A stretch of 64,000 nucleotides of DNA from contig OY762911.1 of assembly GCA_963666565.1 (NCBI GenBank), positions 3,104,001 through 3,168,000 on the forward strand, written 5' to 3'. Both the position numbers and the translations under genes were made by a program. The notes beneath the pieces were generated by a model that searched no databases, was not told the DNA's origin, and was given only the letters and a program-made list of their open reading frames with translations. Position 1 is the first letter of the stretch. The number at the start of each line of letters is the position of its first letter. Shown one piece after another: positions 48,980 to 59,700 of this stretch. The stretch comes from Thermoanaerobaculia bacterium. GTDB taxonomy: Bacteria > Acidobacteriota > Thermoanaerobaculia > Multivoradales > Multivoraceae.

Positions 48980-50843
48980 AACGAGGCTTCGCCTCAGACC
49001 GACGAGCATGTTCGCGGCGGTGGTCGGCCTCGGCCTTGGCGTCGATCGGACTCCGGTCGCTGCTTCAGCTGCGGAGTGAATCCGCCGTATTGTCGCTCTG
49101 CGGCGAAGGTGGCCTTAAGCTGGCCGGTGAGAAGCCCATCGACCGGAGTCCGCTGATGAAGGTAGCACGCACGGCAGCCGAGGTTCTTGAGGAGCATGTG
49201 TCGTTGACGCTGGAGTGCGTCGATCGGATGTACCTCAACGTCTACGTACCGGTGCTTCAGCGTGGCGCGGGCGCGGCCTGGTTCTTCCGGGAGGTGCGGG
49301 GCGCGCAGGTGCCGTCGTCGGTGCTGATGGCGCCGATGACGAGGCGGTTCGTGGCCGCGATCAAGGGCTACGCGCGGCAGCATCGGATCGACATCGTCCC
49401 GTTTCGGCGCGGCGAGCGCAAGGACGACCGCACCCGCGAGTACCTTCGCCGGTGGCATGGAGGCGAGGGGGTGCTGTACGTCGGCAAGGCGCAGGAGAAG
49501 GCTCGGGTGCTGCGTACCGAGCGTCGTTACGACTCGGCGACCGACGCGGGCTATCCGTGGCTGGTGCACTCGACGGCGATGGTCAACCAGTACTACTTCT
49601 ACGTGTTCGACGACGACTTCGGTCCGTTCTTCCTGAAGTTCTGCTCGTACTTCCCCTACAACGCCAAGCTGTGCATCAACGGACACGAGTACCTCAAGCG
49701 CCAGTTGAGCAAGCGGGGGATCGAGTACGAGGCGCTGGACAACGGCATCCTGCGCTGCTCGGACCCGGAGGCGATGCAGCGGCTCGCCGACGGCCTCGAC
49801 GCGGACAAGATCGACGCGCTGCTGCGCAAGTGGCTGGCTCGCCTGCCGCATCCGTTCTCCGCCGGCGACCGGCGGCGGGGCATCCGCTACGCCGTCTCGA
49901 TCCTCCAGGCCGAATTCGCCCTGACCCAGGTCTTCGACCGCCCGGTGCAGGGTCGGGTCTTCTTCGAGGAGGTGCTGCGCGAGCACCTCGACATGGGACG
50001 GCCCGAGCACGTGCAGTTGATCTTCAAGCGCCGCGTCACGCGACGCACCCCCTCGCGGTATCGCACCCGCGTCATTACCGACGGGGTCTCCCCGTCGCTG
50101 CACGTCGACTACAAGCACTCGCGCATCAAGCAGTACCACAAGGAAGGGCGCGCCCTGCGCACCGAGACGGTGATCAACGACACCTACGACTTCGATGTCG
50201 GTCGTTTGCTGAGAAACCTCGATGACCTCAAGAAGGTCGGCTTCGCCGCCAACCGACGCCTGCTCGGCGTCCAAACTCTCAGCCACGACTGTCTGCTCGG
50301 AGCCGAAACGCTCGACGATCTGCACCGTCCGCGGTGCATCTCGGGTCAGCGCGCTTCGGCGCTTCGCTTCGGAGACCGCAGGGTGCAGAGTCTCTTCGCC
50401 GCCCTGCTGCGCTTCAGCCTCCTGCCCAACGGCTTCCGCAACCGCGACCTGCGGCCCGCGGTCGCCAGTCTGTGCGGACTCACGCCGGACCGCTACGGAC
50501 CCTCCCGCATGACCTACGACCTGCGCCGACTGCGACTGCGGGGAATCGTCGAACGGGTTCCGCGCACCCACCGCTACCGGATCACCGACTGGGGACTGCG
50601 CGTAGCGTTCGCCTACCACCGGACCCACGCCCGAGTGCTCGGCCCCGTCATGTCCGCCACCCTCGACCCGGAAGCCAACGCCCGGCTACGAAGAACCGTC
50701 GCCAGCTACGACCGCGAGGTCCAAAGAGCTTGGCGAGGACAGCGACTCGCAGCCTGAGGCCGACCTCCGTCACGCCGAATCGACACGGACACCCCGAACC
50801 AAACTTGACTCAACTGTTAAGACGCCCCTTGTTCAAGGAGTCT
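48980..50843 (+). mobile_element. Insertion sequence of unclassified type: no TIRs, inserted at CT|AG, hairpins at both ends
   Basis: Removing 1864 bp restores the host gene exactly. CTA occurs at both junctions (48978-48980, 50842-50844), so the ends are ambiguous by up to 3 nt. Single ORF. Confidence 0.9.
49156..50757 (+). CDS. Putative transposase with Rep_trans/CRI-like catalytic motifs and C-terminal winged HTH (533 aa)
   Basis: Only ORF of the insertion; GGAG RBS before ATG 49156. Motifs IKQYHKEGRALRTE (KxYxK...RxE) and C-terminal FRNRDLR...MTYDLRRLR..GIVERVPRTHRY. Confidence 0.75.
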   Translation: MKVARTAAEVLEEHVSLTLECVDRMYLNVYVPVLQRGAGAAWFFREVRGAQVPSSVLMAPMTRRFVAAIKGYARQHRIDIVPFRRGERKDDRTREYLRRWHGGEGVLYVGKAQEKARVLRTERRYDSATDAGYPWLVHSTAMVNQYYFYVFDDDFGPFFLKFCSYFPYNAKLCINGHEYLKRQLSKRGIEYEALDNGILRCSDPEAMQRLADGLDADKIDALLRKWLARLPHPFSAGDRRRGIRYAVSILQAEFALTQVFDRPVQGRVFFEEVLREHLDMGRPEHVQLIFKRRVTRRTPSRYRTRVITDGVSPSLHVDYKHSRIKQYHKEGRALRTETVINDTYDFDVGRLLRNLDDLKKVGFAANRRLLGVQTLSHDCLLGAETLDDLHRPRCISGQRASALRFGDRRVQSLFAALLRFSLLPNGFRNRDLRPAVASLCGLTPDRYGPSRMTYDLRRLRLRGIVERVPRTHRYRITDWGLRVAFAYHRTHARVLGPVMSATLDPEANARLRRTVASYDREVQRAWRGQRLAA

Positions 50844-53201
50844 AGCCCTCGTCGGTGCCTGCGGCCGGGCCTTCCTGCTGGCGAAGGGCGACACGGCACG
50901 GACTTTCGTGGACGGAGCCTACAGTTGGACGAGCAACGCCGGCCCTTGCGACTACGTGGTCACCTTCGTTCACGAGATCGGCCACGGTCTGGGCGCCCAC
51001 CACGATCCGGCCAGCGCCAAGCAGCCGCAGAGGGCATTCAGGCCGTACGGCTTCGGCCACGGAGACATCGACGTGATGCCGAGCATCGGGACTGCGGTGA
51101 GCAATCTGGGCCAGATCGAGCCGTTCTTCTCCACGCCGCGGATCCGGACCTGGGGCGTGGCGGCCGGCATCGCGGGAGCGCGGGACAACGAGCGGCTGTT
51201 GCGGGAAACGGTCCACATCGGCGCTCGGTACAGCGACTACCTGCGTTCCGTGGAGGGAGTTCCGGCGCCGCCGAGCGACCTTCGGATGATGTGGCGCGAC
51301 GGTGCTTTCGCGCGCCTCTCGTGGAAGGGCAACGCGCCGGATGCGGACGGATACGAGGTCCGGTGCTTCGAAGGCTCCGATCCACTCATCCTGCGGGTCG
51401 AGGGCCGCACCGAGGCGACGGTTCCTCTGGAACGCCGTGAACCGGGCACGGTCTACCGGTGCCATGTGCTGGCGACGAAAGGCGAAGTGCCATCGCTGCG
51501 GAGCGGTTTCGTCTATCTGGTCATCCCCGGCGAGCCGCTCAAGGCGCCGTCGGACGTGGTCGTTGATGCCGGCGCCTCACGCCTGGACGTCCATTGGACG
51601 GACAATTCGGATAACGAAATCGGGTTCGACGTGCTGCTAATGGAGGACGGCGACCCGATCGCGCGTGCATGGGCCTCGGCAGACGAGACGAGCGTCCCGT
51701 TTTCTGCCTCACGGGTAGAGCCTCAGGATCGCGAGTACGAAGTCACGGTGTACGCAACACACCGGACCGCCCGTTCCGAGAGTAGCGAGTCGGCGACTTC
51801 CCGCTGGCGAGATCATCCGTTGGTTCCGGGCCCGGTCGCCGCTCTCACCGTCACGGCCATCGGGCCCACGACGGTACGGGTCAGTTGGACGGGCAACCCG
51901 GAGAGTGACAGCTACGCGGTCGACTCCCGTCTTGCGGGCTGGCTCCACTCTATCTGGCCGCTGCAGGCCGAGTCGGTGGACATCGAGGGCCTCGCCCGGG
52001 GCGGTCGCTACACGTTCGGAGTGTATGCCGCCAACGAGTACGGCCAGAGCTTGCCGTCCCTGGCCCACCTGACCCTGGGATCTCGCGGTGCGGGCCCGCG
52101 GGCGCCCTCGGAGGTTTACGTCGTCGAATCCGGGGTCCACTGGACGACCTTGGGTTGGAAAGACAACTCCAACGACGAACTGGGCTTCGAAGTTCAATGG
52201 GGGGGCACCAGGTCGGCACTCGTCCCTCCGGACACGACGACGACTGTCATCTCAAGCGATTTCGTCAACCGCCGATCAGAGCTGAGGGTGTTTGCGTACA
52301 ACGAGCGCGGCTTCTCCCTACCCGGCGTGCTCGGCGCTGCGCCTCCTGGCGGCCGCTGCGAGGCCGACGCTGAGACGCTCTGCCTGCGGGACTCGCGCTT
52401 CGAGGTGAAGATGAGGTGGCGGAACGCCGCCGGGGAATCCGGTGCCGGGCGGGTCGCTAACGCGGGCGCCAAGGACTCGGGCCTCTTTTACTTCTTCGAT
52501 CCGGAGAATTGGGAGGTGCTGATCAAGGTGCTGGACGGCTGCTCGGTCAACGGCCGGATGTGGGTGCTTGGCGCCTCGACGACCGATCTTTGGTACCGAA
52601 TCGACGTGAAGGACACGTTGATGGGGGACTCTCGGTCCTACTGGAACGAGCCCGGCCAGCCGGCGCCGGCGATCGTGGACACGGAGGCGTTTCCCCTGCC
52701 CTGCGGCACGGCCGCGACGACCGGTTCGCCGTTCGCGAAGCCACTTGGCGGCAAGGCATCCAGGCGCCCCGCGGCGGGGGCGAGAGCCTCCGTCCCCGAA
52801 GTGGCGGCGGGTCGGGCTGCGGAGCGGTGCGAGGCCGGCGCAACGACGCTGTGTCTGGGGAGCGGGCGGTTCGCGGTGGGCATCGAGGCGTCCACGTTGG
52901 ACGGCGAGCGGCGCGAGGGCCTTGTCGCGCGGGCAGGCACGGACAGGTCTGGCCTCTTCCACTTCTTCGACCCGGAGAACTGGGAGGTGCTGGTGAAGGT
53001 GCTGGACGGCTGCGCGATCAACGGGCACCACTGGGTGTTCGCCGCCTCGGCGACCGACATGGGCCTCGACCTGCGCGTGGAGGACGCGGTGACCGGGGCG
53101 GCGAAGAGGTACGGCACGACCGCCGGGCAGCCGGCCCCGGCGATCGTGGACACGGAGGCGTTGGCCTGCGCCGCCGGCGCGGTGCGCGGCGGGGACAACG
53201 C

Positions 53202-56200
53202 ATGAGTCCGTTGCCTCCCGTGTTGGCCGGATTGCGACGTGCAGCGGCGCCGTGCGGCTTGGCGGCGGCGCTGCTGCTGGCGACGGCGCCGGCGGCTCAG
53301 GCGCAACGGCTGCTGACGCTCGTCCCGAGCGTTGCGGAGGCGTCCTCTGCTGACGGTCCCGGCCCGTCGATCGGGCCGGTTCCGACGGCGGTGGAAGTGG
53401 ACCTGGAGTTGCTGCGCAGCGCGCCGCTCTGGCTGGAAGTGCCGACGCCGGACGGCAGCGTTCTCTCGGCGGAGCGGAGCGTGTTCGAGGATCGCGGCGG
53501 CGGCGACCTGATGTGGTCGGGCGGCCATCCCGACGCGGGATACGACACGGTGGTGCTTACGGTGGAGGGCGGCCGTCTGGTGGGCCGGTTCGGCGCGGCG
53601 GGCGGCGGGGCGTACCAGATCCACGCGGCGTCGGACGGCCGGGGCGGCATGGCGCCGGTCGGCGGTCCGCGGCCGGAGGGGGTGCCGTTCTGCGGGGTGG
53701 AGACGGTCCCGGAGGCCGCCCGCGATGCCGCGGCCCATGTCCGGTCAGGGTCCCGCGCAGCCCATCCTCCCCAGCCAGTCAGCAATCCGCAGAGCCACGA
53801 CCGGCTGGACATCCTTGTGGGGTACACGGCGACGGCGGCGAGGAATTGGGCCGGCATCGGCGGCCCCGAGGCTGCGATCCGCCACGCGGGCGACTATCTG
53901 AAGATGGTCTTTCGGAACAACGAGCTGCCGGTGGAGCCGCACATCGTGCACATCGCACAGGCGTCGGCCGCGCTGGACCGGGTGGGCAGAGACCTTGGCT
54001 ATCACGAGCGCCACATGCTCAACGGCGATCCCCTTGCAGACTTGCCGGAGCTGGACGGGGAACTGCGGTACCTGCGTCACAAGCACCGTGCCGACCTGCT
54101 GCATCTGTTCACGGGCGAGCCTGCGCTCCTGCTGGGTGCCTGCGGCGCGGCGCTTCAGCTAGAGGGCAGTACCGCGGAGAAGTTCGCGCCCTGGGCCTAC
54201 GGCTGGACCACGAACAACCCGTTGTGGTGCGATGACTACGCTGTCACCTTCGCGCACGAAATCGGCCACGGTCTTGACGCCAGCCACGACACCAGCGGGC
54301 TCGGCCACTCGGCGGATCTCCTGTACAGGCCGTACGCCGTTGGCCATGTGAACTACGACGCGATGCCGACGATCGGCACCGCGATGAGCTATCGGGGCCA
54401 GATCGAACCGTTGTTCTCCACTCCCCGGATCCGGCCCTGGGCCGCGGCTGTCGGCGTCGTCGGTGAGGCGGACAACGAACGGAGGCTGCGCGAGACGGTC
54501 CACACCGGGGCGCGGTACAGCGACTACCTGGTGTCGGTGGAGGGCCTTCCGGCGCCGCCGAGCGATCTCCGGGTTTGGATGGACGGCGGCGTCGCACGTC
54601 TCTCCTGGCGGGACAGTGCGCCGGACGCGGAAGGATATGAGGTTGAGTATCGGTGGTCTGAGCGGGGGGCGGGCTGGCGCAGATTCTCTCTGATCCGGGT
54701 CGGGGGCCGGTCCGGGGCGACCGTCCCCTTGAGGCTCACGGAACCAGGCACGCGCCACGAATTCGTGGTGAGAGCGCTGAAAGGCGGGGCGCGGTCACTT
54801 CGCAGCGACCGAGTCATGCTCGTGCTTCCCGGCGAGCCCGTAGCGACGCCATCGGACGTTTCCGTGACGATCAGTCCCGGCTTGGTGCGAATGGTCGTTC
54901 ACTGGACCGACAACTCGGACAACGAATCGGGTTTCGACGTGCAGCTTCTCCAGAATGGCGAAGTGTTGGCGCGAAGTCGGGTCGCGGCGGACAGCGAGAA
55001 GTCCAGTCTCGATGGGTTATGGGTGATGGCTCAAGGTGGTGCCGAGTACGGCGTACGGGTGTTCGCCTACAACTCGGCGGGCTACTCCGAGAGCAGCGAA
55101 GTGGCGACCTTCCGTTGGGCGCATCCTTACGCTCCGCGACCGGTCGCCGGCGTTTCCGTGACGGCCGTCGGACCGACGACGGTGCGCGTCGCCTGGACGA
55201 TCGATCCGGAGGTTCTCCGCTACCACGTCTATGCCGAGCTTCCGAACTGGGACGACATACGCTCGGGTCATCAGTGGTACAACGTTTCCGGCGGCACTGC
55301 GTGGACGGACTTCGAGAACCTCGCCCGGGGCGGCCGCTACAGGTTCCGCCTATCCGCCGAAGGACGGCACACATCCGCCGAAGGAGAGCGAGGCTGGAGT
55401 GCGCGTTCCTGGCACTACCTGACCCTGGGCGAACGCGGCGTGGGACCGGCGGCGCCTTCGGACCTCTCCTTGGTGAAAATGGACGATGGGCGGATCCGCG
55501 TCAGTTGGCGAGACAGGTCGGACGAGGAACTGGGCTTCGAAGTCCAGAGCGATTCCACCGAGACCCGCAACTGGGAGAGGGAGCTCACGGTGCCCGCAGG
55601 TACGGAATCGGTCGCCTTTACGCCATTCGTAGACTTCGCGCCCTCCCCAAGGAACATCCGGGTATTTGCCTACAACGAGCGCGGGTACTCCCTGGCCGCG
55701 TCGCCCGCCGGCTCCTGTCGAGAGGACGCGAGGACGCTCTGCCTGCGGCACTCCCGTTTCGAGGTGAAGATGGAGTGGCGGACCGCCTCCGGCGAGGCCG
55801 ACGCGGGACGGGCCGTACTTTCGGGCACCAACGAGTCCGGCCTCTTCTACTTCTTCGATCCGGAGAATTGGGAGGCGCTGATCAAGGTGCTGGACGGTTG
55901 CGCGATCAATGGGCGGATGTGGGTTCTGGGCGCCTCGACGACGGACCTGGGGTACCGGATCGAGGTCACCGACACGGTCACGGGCGAGTCACGGTCGTAC
56001 GGGAACGAGCCGGGCCAGCCGGCGCCCGCGATCGTGGACACGGCGGCCTTCCCCCGGGCTTGTGACGGTGCCGTAGCGGCCGGTTCGGGGTCGTCCGCGA
56101 CCGTTGGGGACAGACGGTTCATCGGGTCAACGGCAGGAGAGGCAGGCTCAGCGTCCGCGGCCGCGGCCGCGGCCTCGGGCCGGACCGCGGGAGCGTGCCA

Positions 56201-56561
56201 ACCCGATGCCGGGACGCTGTGTCTCGGCGAGGGTCGGTTCTCGTTGGGAATCGAGGCGTCCACGATGGACGAGGAGCGGCGCGAGGGCCGAGTCGCGCGG
56301 CTGGGCACGAACAAGTCTGGCCTGTTCCATTTCTTCCAGCCGGAGAACTGGGAGGTGCTGGTGAAGGTGCTGGACGGCTGTGCGATCAATGGCCGCCACT
56401 GGGTGTTCGCCGCCTCGGCGACCGACCTGGGACTCGACCTTCGGGTGAAGGACACGATGACCGGGGGGACGAAGACGTACGGCACGACCGCCGGGCAGCC
56501 GGCCCCGGCGATCGTGGATACGGAGGCGTTCGACTGCGCTGCCGGCGCGGCGGGGCGCTGA
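53202..56561 (+). CDS. Secreted metzincin metallopeptidase-Fn3 protein, copy B
   Basis: Signal peptide, propeptide with PFCG (cysteine-switch-like), HEIGHGLDASH, TAMSY Met-turn, Fn3 repeats, two C-terminal repeat domains. Confidence 0.88.
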   Translation: MSPLPPVLAGLRRAAAPCGLAAALLLATAPAAQAQRLLTLVPSVAEASSADGPGPSIGPVPTAVEVDLELLRSAPLWLEVPTPDGSVLSAERSVFEDRGGGDLMWSGGHPDAGYDTVVLTVEGGRLVGRFGAAGGGAYQIHAASDGRGGMAPVGGPRPEGVPFCGVETVPEAARDAAAHVRSGSRAAHPPQPVSNPQSHDRLDILVGYTATAARNWAGIGGPEAAIRHAGDYLKMVFRNNELPVEPHIVHIAQASAALDRVGRDLGYHERHMLNGDPLADLPELDGELRYLRHKHRADLLHLFTGEPALLLGACGAALQLEGSTAEKFAPWAYGWTTNNPLWCDDYAVTFAHEIGHGLDASHDTSGLGHSADLLYRPYAVGHVNYDAMPTIGTAMSYRGQIEPLFSTPRIRPWAAAVGVVGEADNERRLRETVHTGARYSDYLVSVEGLPAPPSDLRVWMDGGVARLSWRDSAPDAEGYEVEYRWSERGAGWRRFSLIRVGGRSGATVPLRLTEPGTRHEFVVRALKGGARSLRSDRVMLVLPGEPVATPSDVSVTISPGLVRMVVHWTDNSDNESGFDVQLLQNGEVLARSRVAADSEKSSLDGLWVMAQGGAEYGVRVFAYNSAGYSESSEVATFRWAHPYAPRPVAGVSVTAVGPTTVRVAWTIDPEVLRYHVYAELPNWDDIRSGHQWYNVSGGTAWTDFENLARGGRYRFRLSAEGRHTSAEGERGWSARSWHYLTLGERGVGPAAPSDLSLVKMDDGRIRVSWRDRSDEELGFEVQSDSTETRNWERELTVPAGTESVAFTPFVDFAPSPRNIRVFAYNERGYSLAASPAGSCREDARTLCLRHSRFEVKMEWRTASGEADAGRAVLSGTNESGLFYFFDPENWEALIKVLDGCAINGRMWVLGASTTDLGYRIEVTDTVTGESRSYGNEPGQPAPAIVDTAAFPRACDGAVAAGSGSSATVGDRRFIGSTAGEAGSASAAAAAASGRTAGACQPDAGTLCLGEGRFSLGIEASTMDEERREGRVARLGTNKSGLFHFFQPENWEVLVKVLDGCAINGRHWVFAASATDLGLDLRVKDTMTGGTKTYGTTAGQPAPAIVDTEAFDCAAGAAGR

Positions 56562-56600
56562 GTGGAGGTTGGTCACGACGGCGAAGGGAGGGCGACTGAA

Positions 56601-56726
56601 ATGAAGGACGCGGCGACTTCGAGAACGGTCGGATCCGGCGGTGCAGCGCTTCGCCGCGGGGCGGCGGGCTTGTTCGTCGTCCTGGCGTTCACGGCCGGCG
56701 CGGCGCGCGGCGGGGACAACGCATGA
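56601..56726 (+). pseudogene. 41-aa signal-peptide-only remnant of an Ig-domain surface protein gene
   Basis: MKDAATSR...GLFVVLAFTAGAARGGDNA* resembles the N-terminus of the 63274 gene (GFFLVLASVAGAASGGDDA); GGGAGG RBS. Confidence 0.6.
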
Positions 56727-59700
56727 GTCCGTTGCCTCCCGTGTTGGCCGGATTGCGACGTGCAGCGGCGCCGTGCGGCCTGGCGGCGGCGCTGCTGCTG
56801 GCCACGGCCCCGGCGGCTCAGGCGCAACGGCTGCTGACGCTCGTCCCGGGCGTTGCGGAAGCGTCCTCAACGGACGGTCCCGGCCCGTCGATCGGGCCGG
56901 TTCCGACGGCGGTGGAAGTGGACCTGGAGTTGCTCCGCAGCGCGCCGCCCTGGCTGGAGGTGCCGACGCCGGACGGCAGCGTCCTCTCGGCGGAGCGGAG
57001 CGTGTTCGAGGATCGCGGCGGCGGCGACCTGATGTGGTCGGGCGGCCGCCCGGACGCGGGGTACGACTCGGTGGTGCTGACGGTGGAGGGCGGCCGCCTG
57101 GTGGGCCGGTTCGGGGCCGCGGGCGGAGGCGCCTACCAGATCCACGCTGCCTCGGACGGCCGGGGCGGCATGGCGCCGGTGGGCGGTCCGCGGCCGGAGG
57201 GCGTGCCGCTCTGCGAGGTGGAGACAATCGAGGAGCACCCCCGCGACGCCGCGGCCCATGCCCGGGCGGGGTCCCACGCAGCCGATCTTCCCGTGCCGGT
57301 GAGCAGTCCGCAGAGCCACGACCGGCTGGACATCCTGGTGGCGTACACGGCGACGGCGGCGGAGAACTGGGCGGGCATCGGCGGCCCCGAGGCGGCGATT
57401 CGCCACGCGGGCGACTACCTGAAGATGGTGTTTCGGAACAACGAACTGCCGGTCGAGCCGCACATCGTCCACGCCTTTCAGACGTCCGCCGTTCTCGACC
57501 GGGCAGCGCGAGACCAACGCTCCCCGTGGCGGGGACTGTTGGATGGGCTCCGTGACGATGGAGACGTGTTGCGCCTGCGCCACGAACACCGGGCGGACCT
57601 AGTTCATCTCTTCACGGGCGAAGGTCCGGCGCTTGTCGGTCCGTGCGGCCGGGCCTTTCCCCTGTTGAAGGGCGATACGGCATGGCACTTTCACTCGTCA
57701 CCCTACGCTTGGACGAGCAACGCCGGCTACTGCGACTACGTGGTCACCTTCGTTCACGAGATTGGCCACAACCTGGGCGCCAACCACAATCCGGGCAGCA
57801 CGCGTTTCCCGGAGAGCGCGTTCAGGCCGTACGGCTTCGGCCACGGAGACACCGACGTGATGCCGAGCATCGGGACGGCCGTGAGCAACCTGGGCCAGAT
57901 CGAGCCGTTCTTCTCCACGCCGCGGATCAGGCCCTGGGGCGCCGTCGTCGGCTTCGCGGGAGCGCGGGACAACGAGCGGCTGTTGCAGGAAACGGTCCAC
58001 ATCGGCGCGCGCTACAGCGACTACCTGCATTCGCTGGAGGGAGTGCCGGCGCCGCCGAGCGACCTTCGGATACGGCGCGAAGGCGAGTTCCTGCGCCTCT
58101 CCTGGAAGGGCAACGCGCCGGACGCCGACGGATACGAGGTGCGGTGTTTCGGCGGTCACGACCCCACCCTTCGGGTCGAGGGTCGCAGCGAGGCAACGAT
58201 TCCGCTGGAACGCCCTGAACCGGGCACGACGTACAAGTGCTGGGTGGTGGCGACGAAGGGCGAGGAGCGGTCGCTGCGCAGCGGCTACGCCTTCCTGAGC
58301 ATCCCCGGCGAGCCTGTCGCGGCGCCGTCGGACGTGGTCGTGGAGCCCTCATCGTCGGTCCTGACGGTCCGTTGGCGGACAATTCGGACAACGAATTCGG
58401 GTTCGAGATGCTGCTGCTGGAGGGCGACGAGCCGATCGCGCGCGAGTGGGTGTCGGTGGGGGCGGAGGGGTACTTCTGGGCTACGAAGGTACAGCCTCGG
58501 GACCGCGACTACCGGGTGAAGGTGTTCGCAAGTAACCCCACCGCCCGTTCCGAGAGCGCCGAGTCGGAGACCTTTCGTTGGCGCAGACATCCGCTGGCCC
58601 CGGAACCTGTCACGGATCTCACCGCCACGGCCGTCGGGCCGACGACGGCGAGGATCAGTTGGACGGGCGGTCGCGGCAGCGACCACTACTCGGTCACGGC
58701 TCGTCTTGAACGCTGGTACCACTCGATCTGGCCTCTTCACGGCGAATCGGTGGACATCGAGGGCCTCGCCCGGGGCGGGCGCTACACGTTCGAAGTCAAG
58801 CCCGGCAACGAGTATGGCTACAGCCCGCCATCCTGGGGGCATTTGACCTTGGGGGCCCGGAGCACGGGGCCGCGGGCGCCCTCGGACCTCTCCTGGGTCG
58901 TCGAAGGAGAAGCGGCCCGCCTGAACTGGAAGGACACCTCAGACGACGAGCTGGGTTTCGAGGTTCAGTTGAGGTCCATCAGGGTAGCCCTCCTCCCTCC
59001 CAACACGGAGACGGCCGTCTTCCCTCTAACGAACGAGACGGTCGTCAGCCAACCGCATTTTCTAAGGGTATTCGCATACAACGAGCGCGGCTTCTCCCTG
59101 CCCGGCGTGCTCGGCGCTGCGCCTCCTGGCGGGCGCTGCGAGGCCGACGCTGAGACGCTCTGCCTGCGGGACTCGCGCTTCGAGGTGAGGATGAGGTGGC
59201 GGAACGCCGCCCGGGAGTACGACGCCGGGCGGGTCGTTCCCGCGGGGACGAACGACTCGGGCCTCTTCCACTTCTTCGATTCGGAGAACTGGGAGGTGCT
59301 GATCAAGGTCCTGAACGGCTGCGCGATCAACGACCGGATGTGGGTGCTTGGCGCTTCGACGACCGATCTTTGGTACCGAATCGACGTGAAGGACACGTTG
59401 ATGGGCGACTCTCGGTCTTACTGGAACGAGCCCGGCCAGCCGGCGTCGGCGATCGTGGACACGGAGGCGTTCCCCCTGGCCTGCGGCGACGCGGCGACGG
59501 CCGGTGCGCGGTCCGTGGAGTCCCCCGGCGGCGGGGCCTTCAGCCGGCTAGCAGCCGCGCGAGCGAGAGCTTCCGTACGCGGGCTCGTGGCGACGGACGA
59601 AGCGACGGGACGGTGCAAGGCCGGCCCGGCGACGCTGTGCCTCGGCAGCGGCCGGTTCTCGCTGGGAATCGAGGCGTCCACGTTGGACGGCGAGCGGCAC

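Larger units (their letters stand above)
48084..53205 (+). pseudogene. Secreted metzincin (M12/reprolysin-like) metallopeptidase-Fn3 protein, copy A, interrupted by a 1864-bp insertion
   Basis: The 5' part (48084-48980) and 3' part (50845-53205) rejoin in frame as FTGEG-L-ALVGACGRAF, colinear with copy C (FTGEGPALVGPCGRAF). HEIGHGLGAHH zinc motif, Fn3 repeats (WTDNSDNE.GF), two C-terminal repeat domains. Confidence 0.9.

Noticed and set aside
49036-49155. Longer 573-aa start for the element ORF
   Set aside because: ATG 49156 has a GGAG RBS at normal spacing; the upstream extension starts at TTG and looks non-coding.
48980-50843. Classical DDE IS, IS110, IS91/IS200 or group II intron
   Set aside because: No terminal inverted repeats, and I could not recognise a DDE/DEDD, HUH or reverse-transcriptase (YADD) motif in the ORF.
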